From the human T2T-CHM13v2.0 reference genome, Homo sapiens, in the NCBI RefSeq assembly GCF_009914755.1, contig NC_060941.1: a stretch of 64,000 nucleotides of DNA. One strand, given 5' to 3'. Below, in pieces: positions 62,901-64,000 of the stretch. The position numbers were made by a program, and so were the translations under genes. A model generated the notes under the pieces. The model was given only the letters and a program-made list of their open reading frames with translations, had not been told where the DNA came from and did not search any database. How positions within the stretch are numbered: the first letter of the stretch is position 1; every line of letters begins with the position of its first letter.

Positions 62901-64000
62901 AACTGGAGAGAAGCATTGTCAGAAACTTCTTTGTGATGATTGCATTCAACTCACAGAGTTGAAGGTTCCTTTTCAAAGAGCAGTTTCCAATCACTCTTTC
63001 TGTGGAATCTGCAAGTGGATATTTCGACCTATTTTGAAGATTTCGTTGGAAACGGGATAATCTTCACAGAAAAGCTAAACAGAAGCATTCTCAGAAACTT
63101 CTTTGTGATGCTTGCATTCAACTCACAGAGTTGAACTTTCCTTTCGAGAGAGAAGCTTTGAAACAGTCTTTTTCCAGAATGTGCAAGTGGACATTTGGTG
63201 GGCTTTGAGGCCTGTGGTGGAAAAGGAATTATCTTCCCGTAAAAGCTAGATAGAAGCATTCTCAGAAACTACTTTGTGATGATTGCATTCAAGTCACAGA
63301 GTTGAACATTCCCTTTGACAGAGCAGTTTGGAAACTCTCTTTGTGTAGAATCTGCAAGTGGAGATATGGACCGCTTTGAGGCCTATGGTAGTAAAGGAAA
63401 TAGCTTCATATAAAAGCTAGACAGTAGCATTCACAGAAAACTCTTGGTGACGACTGAGTTTAACTCACAGAGCTGAACATTCCTTTGGATGGAGCAGTTT
63501 CAAAACACACTATTTGTAGAATGTGCAAGTGGATATTTGGGCCTCTCTGAGGATTTCGCTGTAAACGGGATAAACCGCACAGAACTAAACAGAAGCATTC
63601 TCTGAACCCTCTTCGTGATGTTTGCATTCAACTCACAGTGTTGAACCTTTCTTTGATAGTTCAGGTTGGAAACGGTCTTTCTGTAGAAACTGCAAGTAGA
63701 TATTTGTACCTCTCTGAGGATTTCGTTGGAAACGGGATAAACCGCACAGAACTAAAACAGAAGCATTCTCAGAACCCTCTTCGTGATGTTTGCATTCAAC
63801 TCACAGTGCTGAACCTTTCTTTGATAGTTCAGCTTTGAAACACTCTTCTTGTAGAAACTGCAAGTGGATATTTGGTCCTCTCTGAGGATTTCGTTGGAAA
63901 CGGGATAAACCGCACAGAACTAAACAGAAGCATTCTCAGAACCTTCTTCGTGATGTCTGCATTCAACTCACAGTGTGGAACCTTTCTTTGATAGTTCAGG
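47930..64000 (+). repeat. Block of 16-mer HORs, mostly 2716 bp, of a distinct (right) sequence haplotype from about 49 kb
   Basis: EcoRI sites at 47930, 50646, 53362, 56078, 58793 and 61509 (spacing 2716, 2716, 2716, 2715, 2716). Units share diagnostic differences from the left blocks, e.g. TTGCACTTCTTTGAGGCCTAC vs TTGCACTCTTTGAGGAGTAC, and GGGATAATCTTCACAGAAAA vs GGGAGAATCTTCACAGGAAA. Confidence 0.93.

Larger units (their letters stand above)
1..64000 (+). repeat. D17Z1: Alpha satellite higher-order repeat array, SF3 (W1-W5 pentamer-derived), most likely human chromosome 17 D17Z1
   Basis: Continuous 167-172 bp monomers with alphoid motifs (CATTCTCAGAAACTTCTTTGTGATG, TTCAACTCACAGAGTTGAA, TTTCGTTGGAAACGGGA). 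The marker GACGACTGAG recurs at 1, 2716, 5431, 8146, 10861, 13576, 16124, 18672, 21220, 23426 ... 47155, 49870, 52586, 55302, 58018, 60733, 63449. A 2.7-kb EcoRI 16-mer with 15-mer and 14-mer derivatives is the known D17Z1 organisation. The alphoid call is certain; the chromosome assignment is from recall, not a database search. Confidence 0.95.

Noticed and set aside
381-63838. Hundreds of 60-216 aa ORFs on both strands, including the recurring 216/210/102-aa Cys-rich ORF
   Set aside because: They are translations of alpha satellite that recur with the HOR period and are made or broken by single variants. The internal peptide repeats arise because 171 bp is 57 codons. There is no evidence of genes.
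1-64000. CRISPR-like appearance of regularly spaced conserved motifs
   Set aside because: The intervening sequences are themselves homologous repeats, not unique spacers, and there are no cas genes.
1-64000. Mobile element insertion or inversion
   Set aside because: HOR spacing is fully explained by the 167-bp, 342-bp and 1-bp differences, and every monomer has the same orientation, leaving no room for foreign sequence.

Overview
The entire 64 kb window is primate (human-type) centromeric alpha satellite: about 171-bp monomers in head-to-tail higher-order repeats (HORs), all in one orientation. I see no transposon insertion, inversion or credible gene; the six-frame ORFs simply recur with the repeat. 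The canonical unit is a 16-monomer HOR of 2715/2716 bp. It has one EcoRI site, 8 intact CENP-B boxes and a pentamer-derived (suprachromosomal family 3) monomer order with an internal triplication and an internal dimer duplication, which matches what I recall of the chromosome 17 D17Z1 array. In EcoRI register the window has four blocks: 16-mers (to 11635), four 15-mers of 2548 bp (11636-21827), eleven 14-mers of 2373 bp (21828-47929), then 16-mers again. Between 48928 and 49260 the 16-mers switch to a distinct sequence haplotype. The interesting signal is evolutionary fine structure: mappable deletion breakpoints, block-linked SNPs, two-HOR super-periodicity in three separate blocks, apparent conversion patches, and CENP-B box gain and loss. 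I found no new protein-coding or RNA system. All variants were read by eye, so counts need confirming by alignment.
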